From Stappia sp. (GTDB lineage Bacteria; Pseudomonadota; Alphaproteobacteria; Rhizobiales; Stappiaceae): a stretch of DNA of 64,000 bases. The first letter of the stretch is position 1, and each line of letters opens with the position of its first letter. Both the position numbers and the translations under genes were made by a program. Positions 49,764 to 60,253 of the stretch are shown piece by piece. The stretch is taken from contig NZ_JBLWWG010000010.1 of assembly GCF_048268045.1 (NCBI RefSeq), positions 47,288 to 111,287 of the forward strand, given 5' to 3'. The notes below the pieces were generated by a model. The model saw nothing but the letters and a program-made list of their open reading frames with translations, was not told the DNA's origin and did not search any database.

Positions 49764-50492
49764 ATGACCTTTCGCCCTGCCGGCAGCACCGCGCGACGTG
49801 CAACGCTCAAGTCCGCGGTCGCGGAAACCATCGCGATCCGCATCCTCGATGGGACCTATCCGTCCGCCAGGACGCTGCCGACCGAAGCAGAGCTTCTCGC
49901 GGAATTTGGCGTCAGCCGCACCTGCCTGCGCGAGGCGATGCAGACGCTCGTCGGCAAGGGCCTGATCGCTTCCCGTCCGAAGCACGGCACCAGCGTTCGC
50001 CCGCAGGTGGACTGGAACTTTCTCGACGGCGACATGCTCACCTGGCGGCGGAAGGTGGTGGCTCAGCACACGTTCCTCGGCGAACTCGTTGCCGTTCGGG
50101 ATCTTGTCGAGCCGGAAGCAGCCGCGCTCGCCGCGCACCACGCGAGCGCCCGGCAGATCGCGGAAATGCGCGAGGCGCTCGAGGCGATGGGCAGTGCCGA
50201 CGGTGCGCGCACGCCGGTCACCCTCGACGCCGACGTGCGCTTTCATCGCCTGATCCTTGCAGCAAGCGACAACGCGCTCATTTCCGGCCTTGGCGCCTGC
50301 ATCGAGAACGCGCTGCGGGCGCTGATCGAGATCACCTCGGACCCGACGATCACCGCGCGGCTGCCGCTTGAGGAGCACGCACGGGTGCTCGAGGCGATCG
50401 AAGCGCGCGACGCGGATGCCGCCCGCTCGGCCATGGCTCAACTGATGGGCATGACCCGGGCCATCCTGACGAAGGCCCGCGCCCTCGCCTGA
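49764..50492 (+). CDS. FadR/GntR-family regulator
   Basis: LPTEAELLAEFGVSRTCLREA, RPKHGT and DVRFHRLI motifs. Confidence 0.9.
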   Translation: MTFRPAGSTARRATLKSAVAETIAIRILDGTYPSARTLPTEAELLAEFGVSRTCLREAMQTLVGKGLIASRPKHGTSVRPQVDWNFLDGDMLTWRRKVVAQHTFLGELVAVRDLVEPEAAALAAHHASARQIAEMREALEAMGSADGARTPVTLDADVRFHRLILAASDNALISGLGACIENALRALIEITSDPTITARLPLEEHARVLEAIEARDADAARSAMAQLMGMTRAILTKARALA

Positions 50493-50641
50493 CGCCATAA
50501 ACCGGCGCGGGAATCCCTTGCGCCTGCGACGCACGGCTTGTCTGCCGGCCCGTCCTCTCCTACCAATGCGCGCGGTGGCCGCGTCCCGTCGCGAAGATGG
50601 GGCGGCGGCCTTTCGCCTTTCACGACCACGAAACGGACTCC

Positions 50642-52462
50642 ATGGCTCCTCCGCTGCTCCACATCCGCGATATCGCCCTTACCTTCGGCGGCACGCCGCT
50701 TCTCACCTCGGCCGAATTGCAGGTCGGCGAAGGTGACCGCATCGGGCTTGTCGGGCGCAACGGCTGCGGCAAGTCAACCTTGCTCAAGATCGCCGCCGGC
50801 CTGATCGAGGCCGACGCGGGCGACCGTTTCGTGCAACCGGGACGCACCATCCGCTACCTGCCGCAGGAACCGGACCTCGCCGGTCACGCAAATGTGCTCG
50901 ACTACGTCACCGAGGGTCTCGCCCCTGGCGACGATCCCTACCGGGCGCAATATCTGCTCGAGGTTCTGGGCCTCACTGGTCAGGAAAACCCGGTGTCTCT
51001 CTCCGGCGGCGAGAAGCGCCGCGCCGCGCTTGCGCGCACGCTCGCCCCGGAGCCGGACATCCTGCTTCTCGACGAGCCGACCAATCACCTCGACCTGCCG
51101 GCCATCGAATGGCTCGAGGGAGAGCTTTCCTCGATGAAGTCCGCCCTTGTGCTCATCAGCCATGATCGGCGCTTTCTCTCCGACCTGACTCGCGCCACCG
51201 TGTGGATAGATCGCGGCGTCGCGCGTCGTCTCGACAAGGGGTTCGCTCATTTCGAGGCCTGGCGGGACGAGGTGTTCGAGCAGGAGGAAAGGGACCAGCA
51301 AAAGCTCGCGCAGAAGATCAAGCGCGAAGAGCACTGGATGACCTACGGCGTCACCGCTCGGCGCAAGCGCAACATGCGCCGTGTGCGCGAACTTGCCGAC
51401 CTGCGTGCCCAGAAGCGGGACCATCGCGGCCCCCAGGGAACGGTCAAGCTGAACATCGGCGAGACGGAGGTGTCCGGGAAGCGCGTCATCGAGGCGACCG
51501 GCATCTCGAAGGATTTCGGCGGCGGACCGGTGGTTCGCGATTTCTCAGCACGCATCCTGCGCGGCGACAGGGTCGGGCTTGTCGGCGCCAATGGTGCAGG
51601 CAAGACGACGCTGCTGAAAATGCTGACCGGCGAGCTCGCACCCGACACCGGATCGGTGGTCATCGGCACGGGCCTTACCATGGTGACCATGGATCAGGGG
51701 CGCGCCTCCCTGAAGGACGACGACACGGTGTCCGAGGTCCTGACCGGATCGGGCGGCGACACGGTGATGCTGCCCGACGGCCCGCGTCACGTCGTCTCCT
51801 ACATGAAGGACTTTCTGTTCTCTCCCGAGCAGGCGCGCACACCCGTTTCGGCGCTGTCGGGCGGAGAGCGCGGTCGGCTGATGCTGGCGCGCGCCCTTGC
51901 CCGAGCCTCGAATCTTCTCGTGCTCGACGAGCCGACCAACGACCTCGATCTTGAGACGCTCGATCTCCTGCAGGAAATGCTGTCCGACTATCCAGGCACC
52001 GTGCTTCTGGTCTCGCATGATCGAGACTTCCTCGACCGGGTCGCCTCTTCGGTGATCTTTGCCGAAGGCGACGGCCTGTGGCGGGAATACGCAGGCGGAT
52101 ATACCGACATGCTGGCACAGCGGGGCGCCGGCGTGACCGCGCGAAAGCAGCGCGCGAACGGTGGCGGCTCCGAGGACAAGCGCAAGGACGGCGGCGAGGC
52201 CAAGCAGGTGCCGCAGAAAAAGAAGTCCGCGTTGAGCTTTACCCAGCAGCATCAGCTCAAGTCGCTGCCCGGCGAAATCGAGAAGCTCGGCAAGGAGATC
52301 GCGAAGATCCAAGCTGAACTTGAGGACCCGGACATGTTCGCCAAGGACCCGAAGCGGTTCGAGAGGCTGATGGCTTCTCTCGCTGCAGCCGAGACACGGC
52401 TGACGGAGGCCGAGGACGCCTGGCTCGAGCTGGAAATGCTGGCCGCAGGCGAGGCGGGCTAA
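50642..52462 (+). CDS. uup: ABC-F ATPase, Uup-like
   Basis: Two ABC cassettes (GRNGCGKST/LSGGE; GANGAGKTT/LSGGE) and a C-terminal LS..Q..EL..LP..IE coiled coil. Confidence 0.9.
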   Translation: MAPPLLHIRDIALTFGGTPLLTSAELQVGEGDRIGLVGRNGCGKSTLLKIAAGLIEADAGDRFVQPGRTIRYLPQEPDLAGHANVLDYVTEGLAPGDDPYRAQYLLEVLGLTGQENPVSLSGGEKRRAALARTLAPEPDILLLDEPTNHLDLPAIEWLEGELSSMKSALVLISHDRRFLSDLTRATVWIDRGVARRLDKGFAHFEAWRDEVFEQEERDQQKLAQKIKREEHWMTYGVTARRKRNMRRVRELADLRAQKRDHRGPQGTVKLNIGETEVSGKRVIEATGISKDFGGGPVVRDFSARILRGDRVGLVGANGAGKTTLLKMLTGELAPDTGSVVIGTGLTMVTMDQGRASLKDDDTVSEVLTGSGGDTVMLPDGPRHVVSYMKDFLFSPEQARTPVSALSGGERGRLMLARALARASNLLVLDEPTNDLDLETLDLLQEMLSDYPGTVLLVSHDRDFLDRVASSVIFAEGDGLWREYAGGYTDMLAQRGAGVTARKQRANGGGSEDKRKDGGEAKQVPQKKKSALSFTQQHQLKSLPGEIEKLGKEIAKIQAELEDPDMFAKDPKRFERLMASLAAAETRLTEAEDAWLELEMLAAGEAG

Positions 52463-52494
52463 AGGCCCGCCCGCCATTGTGCTGCTGTCGTCGG

Positions 52495-53064
52495 CTAGAA
52501 GGCGCCGTCGCTCAGCAGCACCTCGCCGTTCGAAACGAGATGCAGCGGGGCAGACGACCCATCGGCCGTGACGGCCACGACCAGACGCACGCTGTCGCGT
52601 TCCGCTCGCTCGATCTCAAGCCCCGCGCCCTCCGGAACGAAGAACGCGTCGATCCCGTAGTCGACGATCAGTGTCCTGACGTCCGCAACGCGGCGCACGA
52701 CACCACGAAGAGCGATGCGGCCGGCAGGGGCCTCTTCGGACAGGGCGTCGACGGCGCGAAAAACGCCCTGCCCGTCCGGCTCGACCAAGGTCCAGACCGT
52801 ATCCCCCACCTGAGGCGTCCCGCGGGACTGGCGGTCGGCGGGCAGTTCAACCCGCTCGATTTCGAGATTGATGATCACATAATCGCCGCGCAGCAGGTCA
52901 CGTGGGTCGACCGGACGCAACGCGAGCGTCACCTCCGTCCCCATGGCGTGAACAAAAAGGCGTTCTCCGAGCGGAAGAGCGATCAATGCGAGCTGCACGA
53001 GCGCCGCAATGCTCCAGAGGATCCACGGCGAGAGGCGGCGCTCCTTTCGATCTTTCGCGATCAT
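52495..53064 (-). CDS. GDYXXLXY-domain protein
   Basis: PVDPRDLLRGDYVIIN and YGIDAFFVPEG motifs; ATGA overlap with DUF2157. Confidence 0.92.
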   Translation of the reverse strand: MIAKDRKERRLSPWILWSIAALVQLALIALPLGERLFVHAMGTEVTLALRPVDPRDLLRGDYVIINLEIERVELPADRQSRGTPQVGDTVWTLVEPDGQGVFRAVDALSEEAPAGRIALRGVVRRVADVRTLIVDYGIDAFFVPEGAGLEIERAERDSVRLVVAVTADGSSAPLHLVSNGEVLLSDGAF

Positions 53065-54413
53065 TGGCTTTCCTCTCCCGTTTCCGCGGCCCGGGGCTTG
53101 CGCAGGCGTCGCGATATCACGAATGCCGCGATGACAAGAACTGTGCCCGCGACGAGGAAGAACACCGACTGGTCGAGCAGCGACCCCACGGTCTCGTAGA
53201 GCAGTAGCAACAGACAGACGGTGATGGCCAGATTGCCAAAGGCGCTCCAAGCGCGCGAGGAAATGAGCGTGCCGACAACCGTCAGCCCGATGGCGGCGGC
53301 AAACGTCGCTGCCCCGTTCAACACCAGAAAATCAGGCATATAGAGAAAGACCCACGGCACCGCCACGGCGAGCGCGACGGCTCCGACGACGGCGAACGCC
53401 TGGTTCTCGATTGCCCGGTGCGACAGCAACGCACCGGCGGCAGCGGCCGCTATCGCGAATGCCGCCCAGACCGGCCACGGTATGGCGGGAAGTATCAAGC
53501 CGCTCATGTTGAACTCGTCGATGAGCGCGAGAAGCAGCGTCAGGCAGACGACGCCGGCCAGAATCAAAACGCCGAAGGAGGACGCGGAGGCGGCGAAGGC
53601 GGACACCTCGCCGATCATTCCTTCACGCCGGCGCGGCAGAAAACCTTGCACTCCGACGCGCCCGGCAAGCGTCAGCAGCGCACCAAGCGCAACCGGCGCC
53701 AGAAGGCCGAGCACGACGAATTCCGTATCCTGGGACCAGCTGCTGTCCGTTGCGGTGGCAAGCACGAGCCAGCCGTAGACCGCCAGCCCCTGAAACAGCA
53801 CTGCCCAGCGGCCGGCAAAGGAGGGATGGCGGACGACATGAAGACCGGTGGCGCCAAGCAGCGCCAGCGCGATGCCGCCGGCCTGAAGCGTCAGATGCGG
53901 ATGCTCGTCGATCCAGATCAGCCAGCAGGTCGCCGCGATCGAGGCGACGACAAGGCTGCCGCGCGAGGCGCAGGCCCAGGCCGCTGCAAGCGCGCCGAAC
54001 GCCACAAGCAGCGCCCCGCCCGACCAGTCGGAGGGCAGATGATACATCTGCCCGACGAGCGCCATGCCGCAGACGAAGACGAGTGTCGCAAAAACCGTGA
54101 GAAGATCGGCCAGGATCCGCCGGCCGCGCGAGGCGGCGAAGGCCGCCAGCCAATGCGCACCCAGGAGCAACGCGGCAATGCCGACCAGCTTCACCGGACG
54201 CGGGATTGCCGGCCAGTTCGAGGCAACGAAGGCGGCAAGCGCGAGCGCCAGACAAATCGTGCCCACGGCCCCCAGAAGCGACGGCAGGCGAGATCCGCCC
54301 GTCTGTCGCGTGGCAAGATCAGCGCGGATCTTGCTGGCCGCCTCCGCATCCACCCATCCTTCGTCGACCCAGCGCGCGAGGTCGGTGCTCAGGCGTTTGC
54401 TATATGTCGAAAT
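53061..54413 (-). CDS. DUF2157 membrane protein; probable non-canonical ATT start
   Basis: FVASNWPAIP, GQMYHL and GSLLDQS.FF motifs. The conserved-looking N-terminus STYSKRL..DLARW lies upstream of the first standard start (54353); strong SD before the ATT at 54413. Confidence 0.85.
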   Translation of the reverse strand: MSTYSKRLSTDLARWVDEGWVDAEAASKIRADLATRQTGGSRLPSLLGAVGTICLALALAAFVASNWPAIPRPVKLVGIAALLLGAHWLAAFAASRGRRILADLLTVFATLVFVCGMALVGQMYHLPSDWSGGALLVAFGALAAAWACASRGSLVVASIAATCWLIWIDEHPHLTLQAGGIALALLGATGLHVVRHPSFAGRWAVLFQGLAVYGWLVLATATDSSWSQDTEFVVLGLLAPVALGALLTLAGRVGVQGFLPRRREGMIGEVSAFAASASSFGVLILAGVVCLTLLLALIDEFNMSGLILPAIPWPVWAAFAIAAAAAGALLSHRAIENQAFAVVGAVALAVAVPWVFLYMPDFLVLNGAATFAAAIGLTVVGTLISSRAWSAFGNLAITVCLLLLLYETVGSLLDQSVFFLVAGTVLVIAAFVISRRLRKPRAAETGEESQ

Positions 54414-54485
54414 AACGGGCCCCTCCTGCTGTCCATGGCCATTCCATCTGTCGGGAACGCGTCAAAATTGCGGCTGGTGTCGGGT

Positions 54486-55973
54486 TCACGCAAGCAGATA
54501 ATGGATGACGGCGGCCAGAAGAGCGCTTGCCGGAACGGTCACCATCCAAGCGGTGACGATGGTCAGAACATGGGCGCGACGCACCAGACGGCGCCGCCGC
54601 ATATCAGCAGCTTCCCGCCGCCAACGACGCCGAAAACCGACGTTCGCCTCCGGCTCCATCCCGATCACACTGCGCACTCTGGCGCGGTTGGTCGACCATT
54701 CGCGGAAGAAGCCAACACCGAACACAGCGCCGACGGCGATATGAGTCGAGGAGACCGGCAGGCCAAGCGCGCTTGCCACAAGCACGACCGATGCGGTGGC
54801 AAGCACCACGCAGAAACCTCGAATCGGATTGAGCCGGGTGATGCGCTCGCCGACCATGCGCACCAGCCGGGGGCCGAAAAGCATGATGCCAAACGATATG
54901 CCGACGGCAGCAATGGCAAGCACTGGAAGGCCGGAGCCGCCCGGCAACGCCGAAGGCGCGAACTGAAGAGCCGTGAAGATCGCGGCAACCGGACCGACCG
55001 CATTGGCGACGTCGTTGGCGCCATGCGCGAAAGACAGGATCGCCGCCGCCGCGATCAGCGGCACGCGGAAGAGCTGACGCAGGGACTGGTTGCGGTTCTC
55101 CAACCCCCGTGCGCTTGCCCGAACCAGCGGAACCGATAGCCCGCCGCCGCATAGCGCCGCCAATGCGGCAAGACCGGCGGAGGCAGACGAGGACAGGTCC
55201 AGGGTCGCGGGCGGAGCGACAGTCAGGAGATAGAGCACGAATGTTCCCGACATCACGCCGAAAAGCACCGGCAACCAGCACCGCGCGGCACCGATCTTGT
55301 CTTCACGCTCCGAAATTCCGGCCTTGATGGCCGCAAGCAGCAAGGCGGCGCAGATGCCGCCGATCACCGGCGTCACCAGCCAGGAAAAGGCGATGGCGAC
55401 CAGCGTGCCGGTTTCCACCGCGACAGTGCCTGCCGCGCCGATGCCTGCCCCGACGACGCCGCCGACCACCGCGTGGGTGGTGGAGACCGGCGCGCCGATC
55501 AGCGTCGCAACGTTGATCCAGACGGCGGCAGCGACGAGCGCGCTCATCATCGCCAGCGCGAAGGCGGGAGGCGAGGAGAAGGCGGAGACATCGAGCAAGC
55601 GGGAGGAAATCGTCGCAACCACATTGCTGCCGACCAGAAGCGCGCCAGCGGCCTCGCAGACTGCGGCCAGGAGCAATGCTCCCCCCATCGTCATGGCGCG
55701 CGCGCCAACTGCCGGCCCCATGTTGTTGGAGACGTCATTGGCGCCGATATTCAGCGCCATGTAGCCACCGATAGCCAGCGCCAGCGTCAGCATCAGGACA
55801 TGCGGATGACCGGAAAAGAAGACCGCCCCGGCCGCCGTCGTCGCGACCAGAAACAGAGCCCCCACTCCCAGCGCGATACGTGAGCGCGACAGGAATGCGG
55901 TGGCCTCCTCGACATAGGTGAACTTGTCGAGATCCTTGTCTAGGGTGGTTCGGCGGGGTTTGTGAAGGGTCAT
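54486..55973 (-). CDS. pit: PiT-family inorganic phosphate transporter
   Basis: GANDVSN, PVSTTH, SFAHGANDVANAVGP and PVSSTHIAVG motifs. Confidence 0.93.
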   Translation of the reverse strand: MTLHKPRRTTLDKDLDKFTYVEEATAFLSRSRIALGVGALFLVATTAAGAVFFSGHPHVLMLTLALAIGGYMALNIGANDVSNNMGPAVGARAMTMGGALLLAAVCEAAGALLVGSNVVATISSRLLDVSAFSSPPAFALAMMSALVAAAVWINVATLIGAPVSTTHAVVGGVVGAGIGAAGTVAVETGTLVAIAFSWLVTPVIGGICAALLLAAIKAGISEREDKIGAARCWLPVLFGVMSGTFVLYLLTVAPPATLDLSSSASAGLAALAALCGGGLSVPLVRASARGLENRNQSLRQLFRVPLIAAAAILSFAHGANDVANAVGPVAAIFTALQFAPSALPGGSGLPVLAIAAVGISFGIMLFGPRLVRMVGERITRLNPIRGFCVVLATASVVLVASALGLPVSSTHIAVGAVFGVGFFREWSTNRARVRSVIGMEPEANVGFRRRWRREAADMRRRRLVRRAHVLTIVTAWMVTVPASALLAAVIHYLLA

Positions 55974-56037
55974 TGCGAATTCCGGCTGCAGGCAAGTCGG
56001 GAGAACGGCCCGCTCCGCTTGCAGGCAAACCGTTGCA

Positions 56038-56547
56038 TCATACCAGCCGTTCGAAGACAGCCTTGTTACGCAGCAACGCGGAAAGCTCAGGCTCCTGGAC
56101 AAAGTCCGCAGCCTCTTCCGGGCGGAACCAGCGCATCTCGCGCTGTCCCTTCTCCGGCCAGTCATCGGCCTGCCCGCTCACACGCAACGCGAACACCTGC
56201 ACCCGCACGCGACGGTCCAGGCCGTTGTCGAGGCCCTTGAGATAGAAGAAACTGCCGAGCGCACGCTCGCCAATGACGCCGGTGAACCCTGTCTCTTCCC
56301 AGGCCTCCTGTGCGGCGGAGCCAGCAAGCGACAGCTTCTTGTGCGGCCAGCCCTTGGGCAGAACCCAACGCCCTGTATCCCGACTGGTTGCCAGCAGAAT
56401 CTCAACACCACCATCCAAACGCCGACGCCAGGGCAATGCCGCGACCTGCACGGCGCACGGCTTTCCACCCAGCCACAGCCGTAGCGTCTCCAGCACGCGG
56501 TCGAGCCGGAGGGTCAGCTTCGGAAAGGAGGCGTCGGTAAGGGCCAC
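56038..56547 (-). CDS. NUDIX hydrolase (DIPP/Ap4A-hydrolase-like)
   Basis: QVAALPWR, TSRDTGRWVLPKGW, A.QEAWEETG and WPEK..R..RW motifs. GTG at 56547 sits 8 nt after SD AGGAGGG; start uncertain. Confidence 0.88.
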   Translation of the reverse strand: MALTDASFPKLTLRLDRVLETLRLWLGGKPCAVQVAALPWRRRLDGGVEILLATSRDTGRWVLPKGWPHKKLSLAGSAAQEAWEETGFTGVIGERALGSFFYLKGLDNGLDRRVRVQVFALRVSGQADDWPEKGQREMRWFRPEEAADFVQEPELSALLRNKAVFERLV

Positions 56548-56722
56548 GACATGAGCCCTCCTGCTCATTAAGTCGAAACGGGAGTTGGCGGAATCAATTG
56601 CGCCAGCTAAGCTGTGCAATCGATCTTCTAGATAGTTCAATCTAGGTGAATCCGCAAGTGAAAGGCGCACATATTACGCCTCACTCCGCGAACCCTGCGC
56701 GTGCCCCACGTTCCGAAAACCG

Positions 56723-58357
56723 TCAACTCTCAGGGAAATGAACGATTTCGCGGGTTTCACGGAAGCGAATATCAGGATTTTTCTCACCGATGTAGGAAAC
56801 TTCCCAAGCATTCTTGAAGAGGAATACGGGTCGATCATCGCGATCCTGTGCCAGGCTACCGCGATTCGTCTCGAGAAACTTCTTCAGAACAAGTTCGTCG
56901 TCGCACTCGACCCAACGCGCCGTGCTGTAGGGAACAAGGTCAAAACCGATATCGGTGCTGTATTCAGTAGAAAGACGGTCAACCACCACGTCAAGCTGCA
57001 GGACGCCGACGACACCGACGATCCAGTTCGAGCCGATCTGCGGCTTGAAGATCTGCACAAGCCCCTCTTCCGCGAGATCCATCAGGCCCTGACGCATCTG
57101 CTTGACGCGCATCGTGTCGCTGAGGCGCACGCGCCGCAGGACCTCGGGCGCGAAGGCCGGAAGTCCGGTGACGTGGATCTCCTCGCCCTCGCTGAGCGTA
57201 TCGCCGACGCGCAACTGACCGTGGTTGGGTACACCAATGACATCGCCGGGATAGGCCGTCTCGGCGAGTTCGCGCTCCTCGGCGAAGAAGAAGATCGGGG
57301 CGGAAACCGCGATGGTCTTGCCCGCGCGCACATGCTTCAGCTTCATGCCGCGCTTGAAGGTGCCCGAACACAAGCGCACGAAAGCGATGCGATCGCGGTG
57401 CTTGGGGTCCATGTTGGCCTGCACCTTGAACACGAAGCCGGTCACCTTGGGCTCGTCCGGCCGAATGACCCGCAGAGTCGCCGGCTGGGCATGCGGCGCC
57501 GGGCCAAAGCCGGCGATGAACTCGATGATCTCCTCGACACCGTAGTCGCGCAGCGCCGACCCGAAGAAGACAGGCGTCATATGGCCCTCGAGAAAGGCCT
57601 CGCGGTCAAAGGCCGGATAGGCTTCCGCGCCGAGTTCGACGTTCTCCTCCAGTTCCGCCATCACGTTCTCGAAAACCGTATCGGTGAGGATCGGATCGTC
57701 GAGACCTGTGACCTCGCGGACGGTGTCAAAGCGCTGACCGCGCCCCTCGCTGGAGGTGAGGAAGCGCTTGTTGCGCCAGTCGTAGACGCCGAAGAAGTCA
57801 GAGCCCATGCCCACCGGCCAGGTCATCGGCGACACGTCAAGGGCAAGCGCTTCCTGGATCTCGTCGAGCGCCTCCAGCGGATGGCGGCCCTCGCGGTCGA
57901 TCTTGTTGACGAAGGTGATGATCGGGATGTCGCGCAGCCGACAAACCTCGAAGAGCTTGCGTGTCTGCGTCTCGATGCCCTTGGCGGCGTCGATGACCAT
58001 GATCGCCGCGTCGACGGCCGTCAGCGTGCGATAGGTGTCCTCGGAGAAGTCCTCGTGACCTGGCGTGTCGAGCAGGTTGAAGGTGATGCCGTCGCGCTCG
58101 AAGGTCATCACGGAGGATGACACCGAGATGCCGCGCTCCTGCTCGATCTTCATCCAGTCCGAACGTGCGCGGCGGCGTTCGCCTCGCGCGCGCACCTGCC
58201 CGGCTGCACGGATGGCGCCGCCCGAAAACAGCAACTTTTCCGTCAGCGTGGTCTTGCCCGCATCCGGATGCGAGATGATGGCGAAGGTTCGCCGGGAAAG
58301 ATAGGGCGTGTCCGCGCCGCCGGTGGCGGCCGGGCTTTGCGTATCGGTCAGGCTCAT
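56723..58357 (-). CDS. prfC: Peptide chain release factor 3
   Basis: [49 protein letters not shown] and QANMDP.HRDRIAF motifs. Confidence 0.97.
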   Translation of the reverse strand: MSLTDTQSPAATGGADTPYLSRRTFAIISHPDAGKTTLTEKLLFSGGAIRAAGQVRARGERRRARSDWMKIEQERGISVSSSVMTFERDGITFNLLDTPGHEDFSEDTYRTLTAVDAAIMVIDAAKGIETQTRKLFEVCRLRDIPIITFVNKIDREGRHPLEALDEIQEALALDVSPMTWPVGMGSDFFGVYDWRNKRFLTSSEGRGQRFDTVREVTGLDDPILTDTVFENVMAELEENVELGAEAYPAFDREAFLEGHMTPVFFGSALRDYGVEEIIEFIAGFGPAPHAQPATLRVIRPDEPKVTGFVFKVQANMDPKHRDRIAFVRLCSGTFKRGMKLKHVRAGKTIAVSAPIFFFAEERELAETAYPGDVIGVPNHGQLRVGDTLSEGEEIHVTGLPAFAPEVLRRVRLSDTMRVKQMRQGLMDLAEEGLVQIFKPQIGSNWIVGVVGVLQLDVVVDRLSTEYSTDIGFDLVPYSTARWVECDDELVLKKFLETNRGSLAQDRDDRPVFLFKNAWEVSYIGEKNPDIRFRETREIVHFPES

Positions 58358-58549
58358 GCCGTCTCCTTGGCCGCATCTGGGCCTGGCGTTCTGGAATTCG
58401 TGGCGCAGCCCGCCGAGCCGGCAGGGCGCTGCTTCGCGCAGAGATCTAGTGGAAGCGGGGCCAAAACGCCAGAGCGGATGCGGATTGCCGCAGCGCGCCG
58501 GCCACGCTATGGCTTGCCGCCCCTGCCCGCCGCCGGAGACAAAAGCCAG

Positions 58550-59125
58550 ATGACGCCGACCGGAAAGACGCTTGCCCCCCTCGCGACAGCGGTCGCCCTG
58601 CTCGCGCTCACCGCCGCAATCCTGCTTGCCATGGGTCGCGTGCCGATTTGCACCTGCGGGGAGGTCAAGTTGTGGACGGGAGATGTCACTTCCTCGGACA
58701 ACTCCCAGCACATCTCGGACTGGTACACCTTCTCCCACATCATCCACGGCATGCTGTTCTACGGCCTCTTCCATCTGGCAACGCCGCGCCTTTCCATGGG
58801 ATGGCGGGCGGTCGGCTCCATCGTCATCGAAGCCGCTTGGGAAATCCTCGAGAACAGCCCCTGGATCATCGACCGCTACCGCGAGGCGACCATTGCGGTC
58901 GGCTACACCGGCGACAGTGTTCTCAACTCCGTGTTCGACGTCATCTGGATGCTGGTCGGGTTCTGGCTGGCGCTGCGCCTGCCTGTGTGGCTGACCGTCG
59001 TGCTGGCGCTCGCCATGGAAATTGTCGTCGCCGCGGTCATTCGCGACAATCTCACCCTCAATATCATCATGCTCGTCTGGCCGCTCGACGCGATCCGGGA
59101 CTGGCAGTCGGCCGCAGGTATCTGA
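58550..59125 (+). CDS. DUF2585 (UPF0314) membrane protein
   Basis: [28 protein letters not shown]...II.RYR, GDSVLNS and IRDNLTLN motifs. Confidence 0.93.
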   Translation: MTPTGKTLAPLATAVALLALTAAILLAMGRVPICTCGEVKLWTGDVTSSDNSQHISDWYTFSHIIHGMLFYGLFHLATPRLSMGWRAVGSIVIEAAWEILENSPWIIDRYREATIAVGYTGDSVLNSVFDVIWMLVGFWLALRLPVWLTVVLALAMEIVVAAVIRDNLTLNIIMLVWPLDAIRDWQSAAGI

Positions 59126-59224
59126 GCAGCACCGGACGCTCAGCCCCGCGCCTCGCCGCGTGTCTTGACACGTCGGAGCGCCCCGGCGACTGTCCGCCCC
59201 TCTTCAACAGGCGGATCTGTCTCG

Positions 59225-60253
59225 ATGTCCCTGCTCGTCCCTCTATCCCTTGCCGCGATCTGCGGTGGGGCCGCGACTGCCATCGCCGCTCATGATTTCT
59301 TCGAGGGGGAGACGCTGGTTGCCGACATGATCCGCGCCGCGCGCCTCGCGCGCGCGGACCTTGGCGATCTCGACCGCAAGGTGGCGGCGCGCGCGAAGAG
59401 CCCGCTCGTCATGACGCTGACAACGATCCCGAGCCGCATCGGCCTTCTCGACATGACGCTGAAGAGCTTGCTCGACCAATCGCTGGCACCGGCCGAAATC
59501 CGCCTCAACGTGCCTCATCATTCCCGCCGCGAGGATTGCGCCTACGAGATCCCCTCATGGCTCGAGAAACTCGAAACGGTCAAGATCGTACGCTGCGATG
59601 ACTCCGGCCCGGCGACAAAGCTCTTTCCGACCCTCCCCTGCGTTGAAGCCGACGCCCCCGTCGTCGTGGTCGACGACGACCGCATCTATCCGCCACGCTT
59701 CCTCGAAACGCTCGCGGCGGCGGCCGACGCGGATCCTGACAGCGCCTTCGGCCTGTCGGGCTGGGTGGTACCGGAGGACTTTATCGACCGGCCAACGACG
59801 ATCCGCAGCAATCTCTACCTGCAACCGCCAGCTCCGGTGCGCGCGCGCCGCCTGCGCAAGCCCTTCGAGATCGACATCCTCCAAGGGTTCTCAGGCTATC
59901 TGGTGCGTCCGCGCTTCTTCCCGGAACTTCAGGCGATGCTCGCGCATGAGGGTGCTCCGCGCGAGGCGTTCTTCGTCGACGATGTATGGATTTCGGGCTT
60001 CTGCCGCGCCCGCAAGTTCGTGGTTCCGGCGAAGCGCGCCGGCTTCCAGCAGTGGAGCCGGCGGGAACACTACCGCGCGTCGAGCCTCGGCCTCGTCAAC
60101 AGGGGCGAGGGAACGCCGGAAAGCCGCAACAACACCATCGTCATCCGCCATCTGGCAGATCGCTGGACAGTCGGAGGTCATGCTGCGGCCTCCCGTCGAG
60201 CGGGCGCACCTGGGCAACAAGCTCCGGCAGAAGCCGGGCAAGCGCGTCCGTAA
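59225..60253 (+). CDS. GT-A-fold (GT2-like) glycosyltransferase with N-terminal anchor
   Basis: TLTTIPSRI, SLLDQ, GPATKL, VVDDD (DxD) and FFVDDVWISG motifs. Confidence 0.75.
   Translation: MSLLVPLSLAAICGGAATAIAAHDFFEGETLVADMIRAARLARADLGDLDRKVAARAKSPLVMTLTTIPSRIGLLDMTLKSLLDQSLAPAEIRLNVPHHSRREDCAYEIPSWLEKLETVKIVRCDDSGPATKLFPTLPCVEADAPVVVVDDDRIYPPRFLETLAAAADADPDSAFGLSGWVVPEDFIDRPTTIRSNLYLQPPAPVRARRLRKPFEIDILQGFSGYLVRPRFFPELQAMLAHEGAPREAFFVDDVWISGFCRARKFVVPAKRAGFQQWSRREHYRASSLGLVNRGEGTPESRNNTIVIRHLADRWTVGGHAAASRRAGAPGQQAPAEAGQARP

Noticed and set aside
56628-56645. CTAGAT-N6-ATCTAG palindrome upstream of the NUDIX gene
   Set aside because: It is short and does not fit Pho, Irr or Fur boxes; cannot be assigned.
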